Shown here in pieces: positions 51,975 to 60,771 of a stretch of DNA of 64,000 bases. Every line of letters starts with the position of its first letter. Position 1 is the stretch's first letter. The translations under genes and the position numbers were made by a program. The notes below the pieces were generated by a model that worked only from the letters and a program-made list of their open reading frames with translations, ran no database searches and was not told the DNA's origin. Location of the stretch: contig JBFLYH010000001.1 of the NCBI GenBank assembly GCA_040756875.1, positions 736,001 through 800,000 on the forward strand, read 5' to 3'. The DNA is from a candidate division FCPU426 bacterium (GTDB taxonomy: Bacteria > Oederibacteriota > JAAXVQ01 > JAUVAV01).

Positions 51975-53162
51975 TTAGGATATGTAATTTGCGTTGATTT
52001 TGATGTATTCCAGTGAATAGTCACACGTCCACACCCTTTTGGATGCAGGGCCGGCATTGAGATTGACTTGAATGCTTATTTCTTTCTGCTTTAAAGTGGC
52101 TTCAGCTCTCCGGCAGATTTCTTCATTTTGCGGTTCGCCTTTAACGACCACTGGTATCGCATTAATGGCAACATCGAGGGTCTCAGGATCCGCTCCAATC
52201 ATCGTTTTGCCGACAGCCATGACAATTCTGCCCCAATTCAACTGTTCCCCGAAAAATGCCGTCTTCACCAAAGGCGAATTGGCTATCGAAAAAGCCGCTT
52301 GGTGGGCGGCCTCCGAGGTCTTGGCGCCCAGGACTTCCACCGTCAGGCGCTTGGTCGCGCCTTCGGCATCCGCGATCAACTCCAAGGCCAATATCTGCAT
52401 TAATTCCTGCAGTTTTTTCGTAAAAGACTGATAACGCTCATCTTCATCCGAAATAATCGCATTTCCGGCCCGTCCATTGGCCAGGATAAATACCGTGTCA
52501 TTCGTGCTGGTATCGCTGTCAACAGTGATGCTGTTTAAAGTTTCCTGGGCTGCGCTGGCCAAAGACCTGCGGAGCAATGTTTGTTTGATTTTAACATCCG
52601 TAATTATGAAGCAAAGCATGGTTGCCAGATTGGGCTGAATCATTCCGGCACCTTTTATGCACCCGGCCAAATGGACCGTTTTTCCATCCAAAATAAAGTC
52701 CACAACCGCAATTTTGGGCTTGGTGTCAGTGGTTAATATAGAGTGCACGAAATTTAGTGCACTTTCCGGTTTTTCGTCCAATTGCAATTCATCAATCGCC
52801 TTTGACATGGCACCCATTTCCAACCGTTGGCCGATCACTCCGGTCGAAGCGATGTAGCATTCTTCCGCCGGGACTTCCAGCTTGCGTGCCATGGCTTTTA
52901 GGCAGGCATCCGCGTCGGCATATCCGCCACGGCCGGTAAAAGCATTGGCACAGCCGCTATTGACTAAAATACCGCGCTTTCTCGTGCTCAGCTGATCCTG
53001 CCGTTGGGATACGATGACTGGCGCCGCCTTGAAATCATTCTGGGTATAAAGCGCCGCTCCCGCAGTATCAGGCTCTTCAGAAAATAACATTCCGACCCGG
53101 CCTTTAACCCCTGACAGGGGCACACCGGCAAATCGAAAACCCGGAACGGATGACATGTCCAT
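51975..53162 (-). CDS. argJ: Bifunctional ornithine acetyltransferase/N-acetylglutamate synthase
   Basis: NSGCANAFTG, STGVIG, TTDT, KGAGMIQPNLATML, DTSTND, EGATK and NSPLVKTA. Confidence 0.96.
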   Translation of the reverse strand: MDMSSVPGFRFAGVPLSGVKGRVGMLFSEEPDTAGAALYTQNDFKAAPVIVSQRQDQLSTRKRGILVNSGCANAFTGRGGYADADACLKAMARKLEVPAEECYIASTGVIGQRLEMGAMSKAIDELQLDEKPESALNFVHSILTTDTKPKIAVVDFILDGKTVHLAGCIKGAGMIQPNLATMLCFIITDVKIKQTLLRRSLASAAQETLNSITVDSDTSTNDTVFILANGRAGNAIISDEDERYQSFTKKLQELMQILALELIADAEGATKRLTVEVLGAKTSEAAHQAAFSIANSPLVKTAFFGEQLNWGRIVMAVGKTMIGADPETLDVAINAIPVVVKGEPQNEEICRRAEATLKQKEISIQVNLNAGPASKRVWTCDYSLEYIKINANYIS

Positions 53163-53186
53163 GACCGCACCTCTTCCCTTCCACCT

Positions 53187-55118
53187 TTACAGTTCAGCCG
53201 ACTTGCTCTCGTCCTTTTCCTTGATATTCTTAATGATGTCCGCAACGGGAATGGCACCGCGGTTTTCTCCAGTGCGGATCCGCACAGCGGCGGCGTTCTG
53301 TTCGACTTCCCTGTCTCCCACCACCAGCATATAGGGGATTTTTTCCAACTGGGCATCGCGGATTTTTCCGTTGATTTTTTCACTGCGAAGGTCCGCATCC
53401 GCGCGGACTCCGGCTGTCCGGAGTTGCTTCAGAACCTCCTGGGCAAACGTCTGATGCCGGTCGGCAATGGTCAAAACCCTCGCTTGAACCGGAGCCAGCC
53501 AGACCGGGAAAGCGCCGGCATAATGCTCCAATAAAACGCCGAAGAACCGTTCCAGTGATCCCATCAGAGCGCGGTGGATCATGATCGGCCGGTGTTCTTT
53601 GCCATCTTCGCCGATATAATTCATATCAAATCGTTCAGGTTCATTGAAATCCACTTGAACCGTCGAACATTGCCAGGTCCGGCCCAGGCTATCTTTGATT
53701 TTAATGTCGATTTTCGGCCCATAAAAAGCGCCGCCGCCCTCGTCCACGCCATAGGACATGCCGGAAAGGTCCAACGCCTTCCTGAGGGCCGCCGTGGCTT
53801 CCGCCCACCCTTGTTCCGTGCCCACCGATCCCTGCTTGGGCATGGTGGCCAAATATACTTCGTATTCCGTGAATCCGAAGGTTTTCAGCACGAAGAGAAT
53901 GAAGCGAATGACTTCCTGAACTTCGCTTTCCAACTGCTCCCGGGTGCAAAAAATATGGGCGTCATCCTGCGTGAAACCCCGCACGCGGAACAGGCCGTGC
54001 AGCACGCCGGATTTTTCGTAGCGGTAAACCGTGCCCAATTCAGCCCAGCGCATCGGCAATTGGCGGTAACTCCGCACGTCTGTTTTGTAAATCTTGATGT
54101 GAAAAGGACAGTTCATAGGCTTGATGTAATAATCGTTTTCATCGATCGCCATCGGCGAATACATGGACTCGCGGTAGAAGCCCAGATGCCCCGAGGTTTC
54201 CCACAAGTGCGCTTTGCCGATGTGCGGCGTGAATAAAAGGTCGTATCCGTTGGCCAGGTGTTCGTTTCGCCAAAAATCCTCCATTACTTTTCTGATCAAG
54301 GCCCCTTTGGGATGCCAATAAACCAGGCCTGCGCCGGCATCTTCGTGCAGGGAGAAAAGATCCAGCTCCTTGCCCAGCCGCCGGTGGTCGCGGCGTTTGG
54401 CCTCTTCCAACCGTTTAAGATAATCCTCGAGCGCCGCCGGCTGGTCGAAACTGGTGCCGTAAATCCGCTGCAGCATTTTGTTCCGTTCGTCGCCTCGCCA
54501 ATATGCCCCTGCCACCGACAGCAATTTGAACGCCCGCATGAATCCCGAATGTGGCACATGCGGCCCCCGGCACAAATCCAGAAAATTTCCCAAGGTGTAC
54601 AGGGAGACTTCGCCCTCGGCGATGGCGTCCAACAACTCCAGCTTGTAGGTCTCCCCCGTTTCGGTGAAAATCCGCCGGGCTTCCTCCTTGCTGACTACCT
54701 GTCGTGTAAACGGCAATTTTTGCGAGGCCAGGTCCCGCATTTTCGCTTCAATCGCCTGCAGGTCATCCGGGGTAAACGGCTGTTCGCGGTCGAAATCGTA
54801 ATAGAACCCATCCTCGATGGACGGCCCGATGGTGACTTTGGTTTGAGGATATAGTTCCTTGACGGCGGCGGCCATGAGATGGGCCGTGGAATGGCGCAGG
54901 ATTTCCAAGCCTTCCGGCGCACTCGCCGTCAGGGGCTGGAAAATGTGCTCCCCAGCGGGAACGGCGCGGTGCAGATCCAGCGCCATGCCACCTACTTTGA
55001 CGGCCAAGGCGTTTGACGCCGTTTTGGCGTTTAAAGTCTTCAACACCTGGCCCCAGGTCGTACCCTCCGGCACCTCCGTCGGGATACCGTCAGGCAAAGC
55101 CACGCGATAGGCATTCAT
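53187..55118 (-). CDS. thrS: Threonine--tRNA ligase
   Basis: TGS domain, RHSTAHLMA, DLCRGPH, RDHRRLG, KPMNCP, RVRGFTQDDAH and HRALMGSLERF. Start MNAY at 55118 (ATGA overlap with pssA). Confidence 0.97.
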   Translation of the reverse strand: MNAYRVALPDGIPTEVPEGTTWGQVLKTLNAKTASNALAVKVGGMALDLHRAVPAGEHIFQPLTASAPEGLEILRHSTAHLMAAAVKELYPQTKVTIGPSIEDGFYYDFDREQPFTPDDLQAIEAKMRDLASQKLPFTRQVVSKEEARRIFTETGETYKLELLDAIAEGEVSLYTLGNFLDLCRGPHVPHSGFMRAFKLLSVAGAYWRGDERNKMLQRIYGTSFDQPAALEDYLKRLEEAKRRDHRRLGKELDLFSLHEDAGAGLVYWHPKGALIRKVMEDFWRNEHLANGYDLLFTPHIGKAHLWETSGHLGFYRESMYSPMAIDENDYYIKPMNCPFHIKIYKTDVRSYRQLPMRWAELGTVYRYEKSGVLHGLFRVRGFTQDDAHIFCTREQLESEVQEVIRFILFVLKTFGFTEYEVYLATMPKQGSVGTEQGWAEATAALRKALDLSGMSYGVDEGGGAFYGPKIDIKIKDSLGRTWQCSTVQVDFNEPERFDMNYIGEDGKEHRPIMIHRALMGSLERFFGVLLEHYAGAFPVWLAPVQARVLTIADRHQTFAQEVLKQLRTAGVRADADLRSEKINGKIRDAQLEKIPYMLVVGDREVEQNAAAVRIRTGENRGAIPVADIIKNIKEKDESKSAEL

Positions 55119-55951
55119 GAATGGGTTACGCTCCTTGTTATACGATCCTGCCCGGGCTTGGTTTGCAGACCCAAAATCCGGTGCAGAAAATACTGGTACA
55201 TGCCCATGAACAAATACAAGCACAGCACCAGGAGTAAAACCTGCCCCACGGGGAAAATCAGCGAAAGAACCGTGAAAAACAGTATAACGCCGCATAAAAC
55301 CAGCAAATTGCGCCGGTTAATGTGCTTGAAAGCCGGAAAAGGAATGCGGCTGACCATCAAGAAAGCCAAAATGACCATCAGCAAAGCCGTGCCGGTTCCA
55401 AAAACCGCCGGTGGCAGGTTGGAAAACGTCCGGCCGAGAAACCGTGGCGCACCCTCGTAAGCCGGTTCGGCCGTCACCAACGTCAGGGTGCTCATCAAGG
55501 CTGAAGCGGCGGGGATGGGCAAGCCGGTGAAGTAAGGCCAGGCCGGCAGCGGCGAGCTCTCACAATTGAACCTCGCCAGCCTGAAGCCTCCCGCAGTTAA
55601 ATAGGCCAGACAGGCAGCAGCCCGTCCTGTTTCGGGAATGGCATTCAGAAGAGCGGTATAGGACAGCACCGCCGGCCCGATGCCAAAAGAAATGAAATCG
55701 GACAGCGAGTCAATCTTCACTCCAAATTCGCTGACCGTGTTGGTCCAGCGCGCCACCTTGCCGTCGATGAAATCAAAGACCATGGCTGCCAGCAGCAGCC
55801 AGGCTGACAAAGCGTATTCTGCGGCTTCGCGGACTCCGCTGGCGTAGGTTTCCAGCGCCAGGAGAATGGACAACAGCCCGCAAAACAGATTAAAAGCCGT
55901 CAACAAGTTCGGCAGCCAATATGTATGCGGCGCAGGATTCGCCTTAGCCAT
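55115..55951 (-). CDS. pssA: CDP-diacylglycerol--serine O-phosphatidyltransferase
   Basis: LPNLLT, DFIDGKVAR...FG..DSLSDFISFG (CDP-alcohol phosphotransferase motif), RLARFN and FTGLPIP. Confidence 0.92.
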   Translation of the reverse strand: MAKANPAPHTYWLPNLLTAFNLFCGLLSILLALETYASGVREAAEYALSAWLLLAAMVFDFIDGKVARWTNTVSEFGVKIDSLSDFISFGIGPAVLSYTALLNAIPETGRAAACLAYLTAGGFRLARFNCESSPLPAWPYFTGLPIPAASALMSTLTLVTAEPAYEGAPRFLGRTFSNLPPAVFGTGTALLMVILAFLMVSRIPFPAFKHINRRNLLVLCGVILFFTVLSLIFPVGQVLLLVLCLYLFMGMYQYFLHRILGLQTKPGQDRITRSVTHS

Positions 55952-56615
55952 TTGCAGCCCATTTCCCAAGCACGGTTTCTCCGGCCCGAACCCGGTCCCC
56001 TACCCTGACCTGGATCGAAGCCGACAATGGCAGATAGAGATCGACTTCCGATCCCATCGTAATCATGCCCAAGCGAACGCCGCGTGGATAAACCCGGCCG
56101 GATTGCAGCCAGCACCTCGTCCGTCTCGCCACCAAGCCGGCGATTTGCACAAGCGCATATTTCCCGAATTCGCCTTCAAAAGCGTACCAACACTGCTCAT
56201 TTTCCCGGGCGGCGCGTTCCGACCAGGCCGGCAGCCAGCGTCCTGACTGCTGACGCGTCCACAGCAATTTTCCGGAACCCGGCGTTCGTTGCACGTGGAC
56301 ATTGCCCAGATGCATAAAAACGGCAATACGCTGGGCCGGCCCGCCCATATGACGGAGTTCATTACAGGTTTCGACTGCTACCACCCGTCCGTCAGCCGCC
56401 GACAAAATGAGGTCAGGCGCGGCGGTCGAGCGGCGTTCAGGATCCCTGTAAAAAACCGCTGCGATGATTCCCATGGACAATGACAAAACCCCGAAGCACC
56501 ATACGGCCGGTTGCCAGGCCGGCGGAACCCATCGGCCGACAGCGATGCCGCCGACCGTGACCAAGACGAGGATCGCCAACCATTTGCGACCTTCGGGCGC
56601 GAAAGGCCACCTCAT
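55944..56615 (-). CDS. psd: Phosphatidylserine decarboxylase proenzyme (short type)
   Basis: FYRDPER, SAADGRV, NVHVQRTP, QIAGLVARR and the MGSEVD self-cleavage site. Adjacent to pssA. Confidence 0.92.
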   Translation of the reverse strand: MRWPFAPEGRKWLAILVLVTVGGIAVGRWVPPAWQPAVWCFGVLSLSMGIIAAVFYRDPERRSTAAPDLILSAADGRVVAVETCNELRHMGGPAQRIAVFMHLGNVHVQRTPGSGKLLWTRQQSGRWLPAWSERAARENEQCWYAFEGEFGKYALVQIAGLVARRTRCWLQSGRVYPRGVRLGMITMGSEVDLYLPLSASIQVRVGDRVRAGETVLGKWAANG

Positions 56616-57292
56616 GCCCGGGCGGCTTCCCAGATCTGCCGGATGCGCTGCAGGGCGTCCTGGTTTTGCACGGGATCTTCACCGGTCTCCCAAACCCATC
56701 CGCACCAGTTTTCCTCTTCCACCCGTAAAGTCGGTCCGGAAACGGTGACCGGCGGACGTGAAAAAACGCCGTTGAATCCCTCGACAATCTCCCGGCAATC
56801 GCGGGCGGTTAAGAGCAAATAGAGAGTGGGTTGAAACCTTATCAACCGGAAAGCGACCAATTCGTTCCCCACCAGAAAATCCCCGACTACGGCTTGGTGT
56901 CGGAAAGCCCAGTTGGCCGCTTCCAAACTGTATTCGAAAGCCGGAAGCCCAAGTTCGTCCAGACGCTTTTCAATCTCCTCCGCCGTATTCCAAGGAAGGC
57001 CGTCTATCAATCGCCTCAGTGCCGATGGTTCGTCGATTCGGAAAATATTGGTGGATTGCGCCTCTTCCTCGCGGTTTTGCTGCAGCCAATCACGAACTAA
57101 AGCGACAAATGCGTTCCGTTCGTCCGGCTTTATCCCACGAGCCATTGGCATGATTTCCGAAAGAGTGTTCCACAACTGGTTTTCAGACGGCGTAGGAAGG
57201 ACCGGCTCCATGCAGGCATCTCTTTCCCCCGCAACGCCCATGGCAGCGGCCTGGCTGAAGTCTAAGGCCGTAAAGACGTTGCGGAATTTCAT
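56612..57292 (-). CDS. Hypothetical protein
   Basis: 226-aa ORF whose stop overlaps the psd start. The start codon is uncertain. Confidence 0.6.
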   Translation of the reverse strand: MKFRNVFTALDFSQAAAMGVAGERDACMEPVLPTPSENQLWNTLSEIMPMARGIKPDERNAFVALVRDWLQQNREEEAQSTNIFRIDEPSALRRLIDGLPWNTAEEIEKRLDELGLPAFEYSLEAANWAFRHQAVVGDFLVGNELVAFRLIRFQPTLYLLLTARDCREIVEGFNGVFSRPPVTVSGPTLRVEEENWCGWVWETGEDPVQNQDALQRIRQIWEAARA

Positions 57293-57441
57293 CCCCAGAC
57301 GGGAATTTCCCCGCGGTCAACCGTGACGAACGGGCGGATACCGCGAGGTTGTTTCATAGTGCCCCGGCTTTCGGCCGCGGGGGTCCACTCTATCGGTTTT
57401 GCGACGGCCATACGAATTCGCGGGATGATCCGGGGCGGGAG

Positions 57442-58203
57442 TCAGCCGCCGATGCGGCTGCGCAGTTTCTCCATTAAGGCATCCGGTATATCGAAATTAG
57501 CATGTACTTTCTGCACATCGTCATGATCTTCCAGGGATTCTACCAGCGCCAGAAGCTGCTCCGCGGTCTTTTCATCCTCGACCGCAACGACATTTTTCGG
57601 CACCAGGGTCACTTCCGCCGACTCCGGTTCAAGCTTGGCTTTGACCGCCTGATAGACGGTTTCGAATTCACGCGGCCCCGTGGATACGGTGAAGGAATTT
57701 TCTTCACCGGTCACATCATCGGCGCCCGCTTCCAAAGCAATGGCGATCAATTCATCTTCCTGAATTGATTGACGCGGCACTACGATTTGCCCTTTTTTCT
57801 CGAACATCCAGGCTACGCTGCCCGGCTCGCCCATATTGCCGTTGCGTTTCGAAAAAAGTGCGCGGATGTCCGAAGCGGAACGGTTTTTATTATCTGTCGT
57901 TACTTCAACCATGATGGCTACACCGCCCGGCCCGTACCCTTCATAGACAATATCCTCCAACGTGTCGGTTACCAGTTCCCCAGTTCCCTTCATAACGGCT
58001 TTTTTTATGTTGTCCTGGGGCATGTTGACGGCGCGGGCCGCCAGAATAGCGCTACGCAAACGCGGATTCATATCGGGATTGCCGCCGCCGATTTTGGCTG
58101 CCTGGATGATTTCGCGGGTCACTTTGGTGAACATCTTCCCGCGTTTGGCGTCAACCGCCGCCTTGGCCCTTTTTATCGTGGCCCATTTCGAATGACCGGA
58201 CAT
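57442..58203 (-). CDS. yebC: YebC/PmpR family protein
   Basis: MSGHSKWATIKRAK, YEGYGPGG, TDNKNRS and LEDHDDVQKV. Confidence 0.96.
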   Translation of the reverse strand: MSGHSKWATIKRAKAAVDAKRGKMFTKVTREIIQAAKIGGGNPDMNPRLRSAILAARAVNMPQDNIKKAVMKGTGELVTDTLEDIVYEGYGPGGVAIMVEVTTDNKNRSASDIRALFSKRNGNMGEPGSVAWMFEKKGQIVVPRQSIQEDELIAIALEAGADDVTGEENSFTVSTGPREFETVYQAVKAKLEPESAEVTLVPKNVVAVEDEKTAEQLLALVESLEDHDDVQKVHANFDIPDALMEKLRSRIGG

Positions 58204-58330
58204 ATCAGGATGCCTCCCAGCCGAAAAAGATAGTGGAATTATACCTTTTTTCACTGGCTTGTAAAGCGAAAAGCCCCCATGCGTGCAAGCCTTTCAGCAT
58301 AAAAAATCTTCATTCGCAGAGCTTTTTTTC

Positions 58331-58360
58331 TTGACATTATATTATAATATTATATATTAT
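58331..58360 (+). promoter_or_regulatory. Promoter/operator region of the RHH gene
   Basis: Perfect TTGACA followed by an AT-rich tract with TATATT/TATTAT -10 candidates and the palindrome ATATTATAATAT. Confidence 0.55.
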
Positions 58361-58387
58361 CTTATATGATATTAATTGGAGGCGGAT

Positions 58388-58570
58388 ATGATCGTCAATT
58401 TCTATTTACCGGATAGCGATGCCAAATTGCTGGAGTTGGTCAAATCCGTTTCAGGTCAAAAGAGACGTAGCGTCAGTTATGTCGTGCGTGAAGCGCTTGA
58501 GTACTATCTGCTCCATACCCAGCGCAGTCAGGTGGCCCAACGCCATCTAAAAAACAAAAAGGAGGTTTGA
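58388..58570 (+). CDS. Ribbon-helix-helix (CopG-like) DNA-binding protein
   Basis: GGAGG RBS; MIVNFYLPDSDAKLLELVKS...RSVSYVVREALEYYL. Confidence 0.75.
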   Translation: MIVNFYLPDSDAKLLELVKSVSGQKRRSVSYVVREALEYYLLHTQRSQVAQRHLKNKKEV

Positions 58571-58575
58571 ACAGC

Positions 58576-58947
58576 ATGACCCGTCATCAACGTTCTGATG
58601 AGCGTATCTCCGTGGATTTGCCGATCACCTTCACCTATGAAAATGAGAACCTTCAGCACAAGATTTCATCTCGGGGAAGAATACAAGATATCAGCTTAAA
58701 CGGGATGAAAGTGGAGCTTCCCTTATCTGCAGAATTGATTGAAAACCACGCATTGGACTTCGCAGTCGAACTTCCCAACCCTTTTATGCAGATCAAGGGA
58801 CATGGAAAAATCCAATGGAAAAAGTGGGACGCCGAGCGTAATTGCACGACCTGCGGGTTAAAACTGGAACCCATGACATTGAAGCAGCTATCCGAATTGG
58901 ATATCATTATTAGCGAAGTAACGGCGGATAGCTTAAAAAAGTCCTAG
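58576..58947 (+). CDS. PilZ domain protein
   Basis: QRSDER (RxxxR) and DISLNG (DxSxxG). Confidence 0.85.
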   Translation: MTRHQRSDERISVDLPITFTYENENLQHKISSRGRIQDISLNGMKVELPLSAELIENHALDFAVELPNPFMQIKGHGKIQWKKWDAERNCTTCGLKLEPMTLKQLSELDIIISEVTADSLKKS

Positions 58948-59004
58948 CTTTATTAGCGCACCTTGCCCGTTAAACACTAAATGGGCTAATGACTTTTTAG
59001 CTGA

Positions 59005-59442
59005 TCAAACGGGGATTTCTTCGTCCATTTCGTATTCTACAAGGAAATGTTTGAGAAGTTTTCGGCGCTGGCGTTCAATGTCAATGAACGCCAAACCAAT
59101 TTTGTATTGGGTCTCTCCTACTCTGCGGCACCATACTACTCGACACAGTATGGTGATCGGCAGGCATTCCGTTTCACAATATTCCCGTGGTTGCTCCGCA
59201 GGCGGATGTGCGTACTGAAACTGCGGAAGATAAAGAATAACTGTCAACAATTGATCGGGCACATACTCATTTCGGCTATGTATGGCCATTCCGCCCGCTC
59301 CGACATCCAGAGCCAAACTTTTAACGGGTTTCGGCAATTCCCCGGATTTCAAGGGAGCCATTCGCAGCCTGAGTTTGAAGCGATGGCGGGGATATTTGCG
59401 ATTCTCTACCTCGACATCACCGCGATCGGTTTGCACTGCCAT
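59005..59442 (-). CDS. PilZ domain protein
   Basis: NRKYPR, DVGAGG, CRVVW and IGLAFIDI. Confidence 0.82.
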   Translation of the reverse strand: MAVQTDRGDVEVENRKYPRHRFKLRLRMAPLKSGELPKPVKSLALDVGAGGMAIHSRNEYVPDQLLTVILYLPQFQYAHPPAEQPREYCETECLPITILCRVVWCRRVGETQYKIGLAFIDIERQRRKLLKHFLVEYEMDEEIPV

Positions 59443-59522
59443 TGGTTGCGTTTTCCTCCCTTACTTATTGCGCTTTTCTATCTTTTCTAAGTTTATCCGA
59501 TATTTCACGGATTGCCAGTATA

Positions 59523-60131
59523 TTATCCTGCCGTTGGTTCTGCCGGATAGGTTGCCACAACTAATTCCTCCGTTTCCTTTAGCCACTTTTCCCTTTCTTC
59601 GAACGTGCTGGTTATCACTACTCCAAACATGCGACGGGTGACCTGCTTTATTCCGCAATATTCAAGGATGCATTTCTTCCAGATTGCTTCCAAGGGGTCA
59701 CCCATATTTGAGATTTCACGCTCTCGGGGAGTATCGGAAGTGTTTAAAATCAGGGCCTTTTCAATCCCCAACAATCCCTCTGGAATTCCCTCCCCTTGAT
59801 CACCTGGTAAAAAACGGTAGGCCACGCCTGATCTAAATACTCTGTCCACCCAGCCTTTAAGAATGGCAGGAGGTTGCCCCCACCAATTGGGATGAATAAT
59901 AACCAAGCCTTGAGCGTTCTGTAGATCACAGCAATGATTTTCAATCACTGAATCAACCGGATTTCGTCCGGCTATTTCACTGCCGGACATGACGCAGGGG
60001 AATTGTTCAGCGTACAGATCATGCAGTAAAATGGAATGCCCCAATTTTTTCAAGGTCTCCATTACACGCCGGGCGATCGCATGATTCAAGCTTTTAGGTT
60101 CAGGGTGTGCCAATATCAGTAGTATCCGCAT
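59523..60131 (-). CDS. NAD(P)H-dependent oxidoreductase, flavodoxin-like fold (KefF/MdaB family)
   Basis: ILAHPEPKSLN, DLYAEQF and HPNWWGQPPAILKGWVDRV. Confidence 0.9.
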   Translation of the reverse strand: MRILLILAHPEPKSLNHAIARRVMETLKKLGHSILLHDLYAEQFPCVMSGSEIAGRNPVDSVIENHCCDLQNAQGLVIIHPNWWGQPPAILKGWVDRVFRSGVAYRFLPGDQGEGIPEGLLGIEKALILNTSDTPREREISNMGDPLEAIWKKCILEYCGIKQVTRRMFGVVITSTFEEREKWLKETEELVVATYPAEPTAG

Positions 60132-60163
60132 TATTTCTCCACCATCATGGTTTTCTAATCAAA

Positions 60164-60562
60164 TTATGCCGAGGCCAGGGAGGGAAACATCTTGGCTTCA
60201 ACGGCCGATAATAATTCATTTGGACGAAACGGCCGCGGAAGGAGCGTGTCGATCATTTCCGGCAGATCCTGTGGAATGTTTTCCATGAAGGGTTTGCAAA
60301 TTTGAGTGCCAATGAGAATGATCGGCAGTTCTTGCTTTGACCAACGCCGTCGTATTTGGCGAAGCCAATCAAGCTCAATCTCGGATTTGGCGGAAGCACA
60401 TGCAGCCACCAAAAGTTCCGGGCGGAATTGTTCAATCAAGCGCAGGGCGTCTTCCCTTTCATGAACGCGCATGGCTTTACATTTGAATTCCGACTCCAAT
60501 ACCATCGCCAGACCGTCGGCCACTTCTTGATTTTGATCAAAAACCAGTATTTTCTTCATCAT
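60164..60562 (-). CDS. Single-domain atypical response regulator (pseudo-receiver)
   Basis: KKILVFD...PELLVAA...LPIILI...PRPF. The phosphoacceptor Asp and the conserved Lys appear to be replaced. Confidence 0.75.
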   Translation of the reverse strand: MMKKILVFDQNQEVADGLAMVLESEFKCKAMRVHEREDALRLIEQFRPELLVAACASAKSEIELDWLRQIRRRWSKQELPIILIGTQICKPFMENIPQDLPEMIDTLLPRPFRPNELLSAVEAKMFPSLASA

Positions 60563-60771
60563 TCGGGAATTCCGTCAGATTGTCTACTCCACCTTTTTAA
60601 TCTCTTTTAATGCAAAAGGCAATCTTTTTTACGGGATTTCTCCCCATTCACAAAGCTTTTCCGATTTTTCGGTTTGAAGATTTATTGTATTTTTTCAAGG
60701 CTAAAAGCCTAAGGGAGGGGTTATATTAAGTCGTTACTAAAAGCATCTATTCCTCTGAGGGCGGAGCTTTA

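Noticed and set aside
57289-57411. Possible 40-aa minus-strand ORF or structured RNA between yebC and the hypothetical gene
   Set aside because: It has an ATGA overlap with the downstream gene but no RBS or recognisable motif, and no riboswitch consensus is matched.
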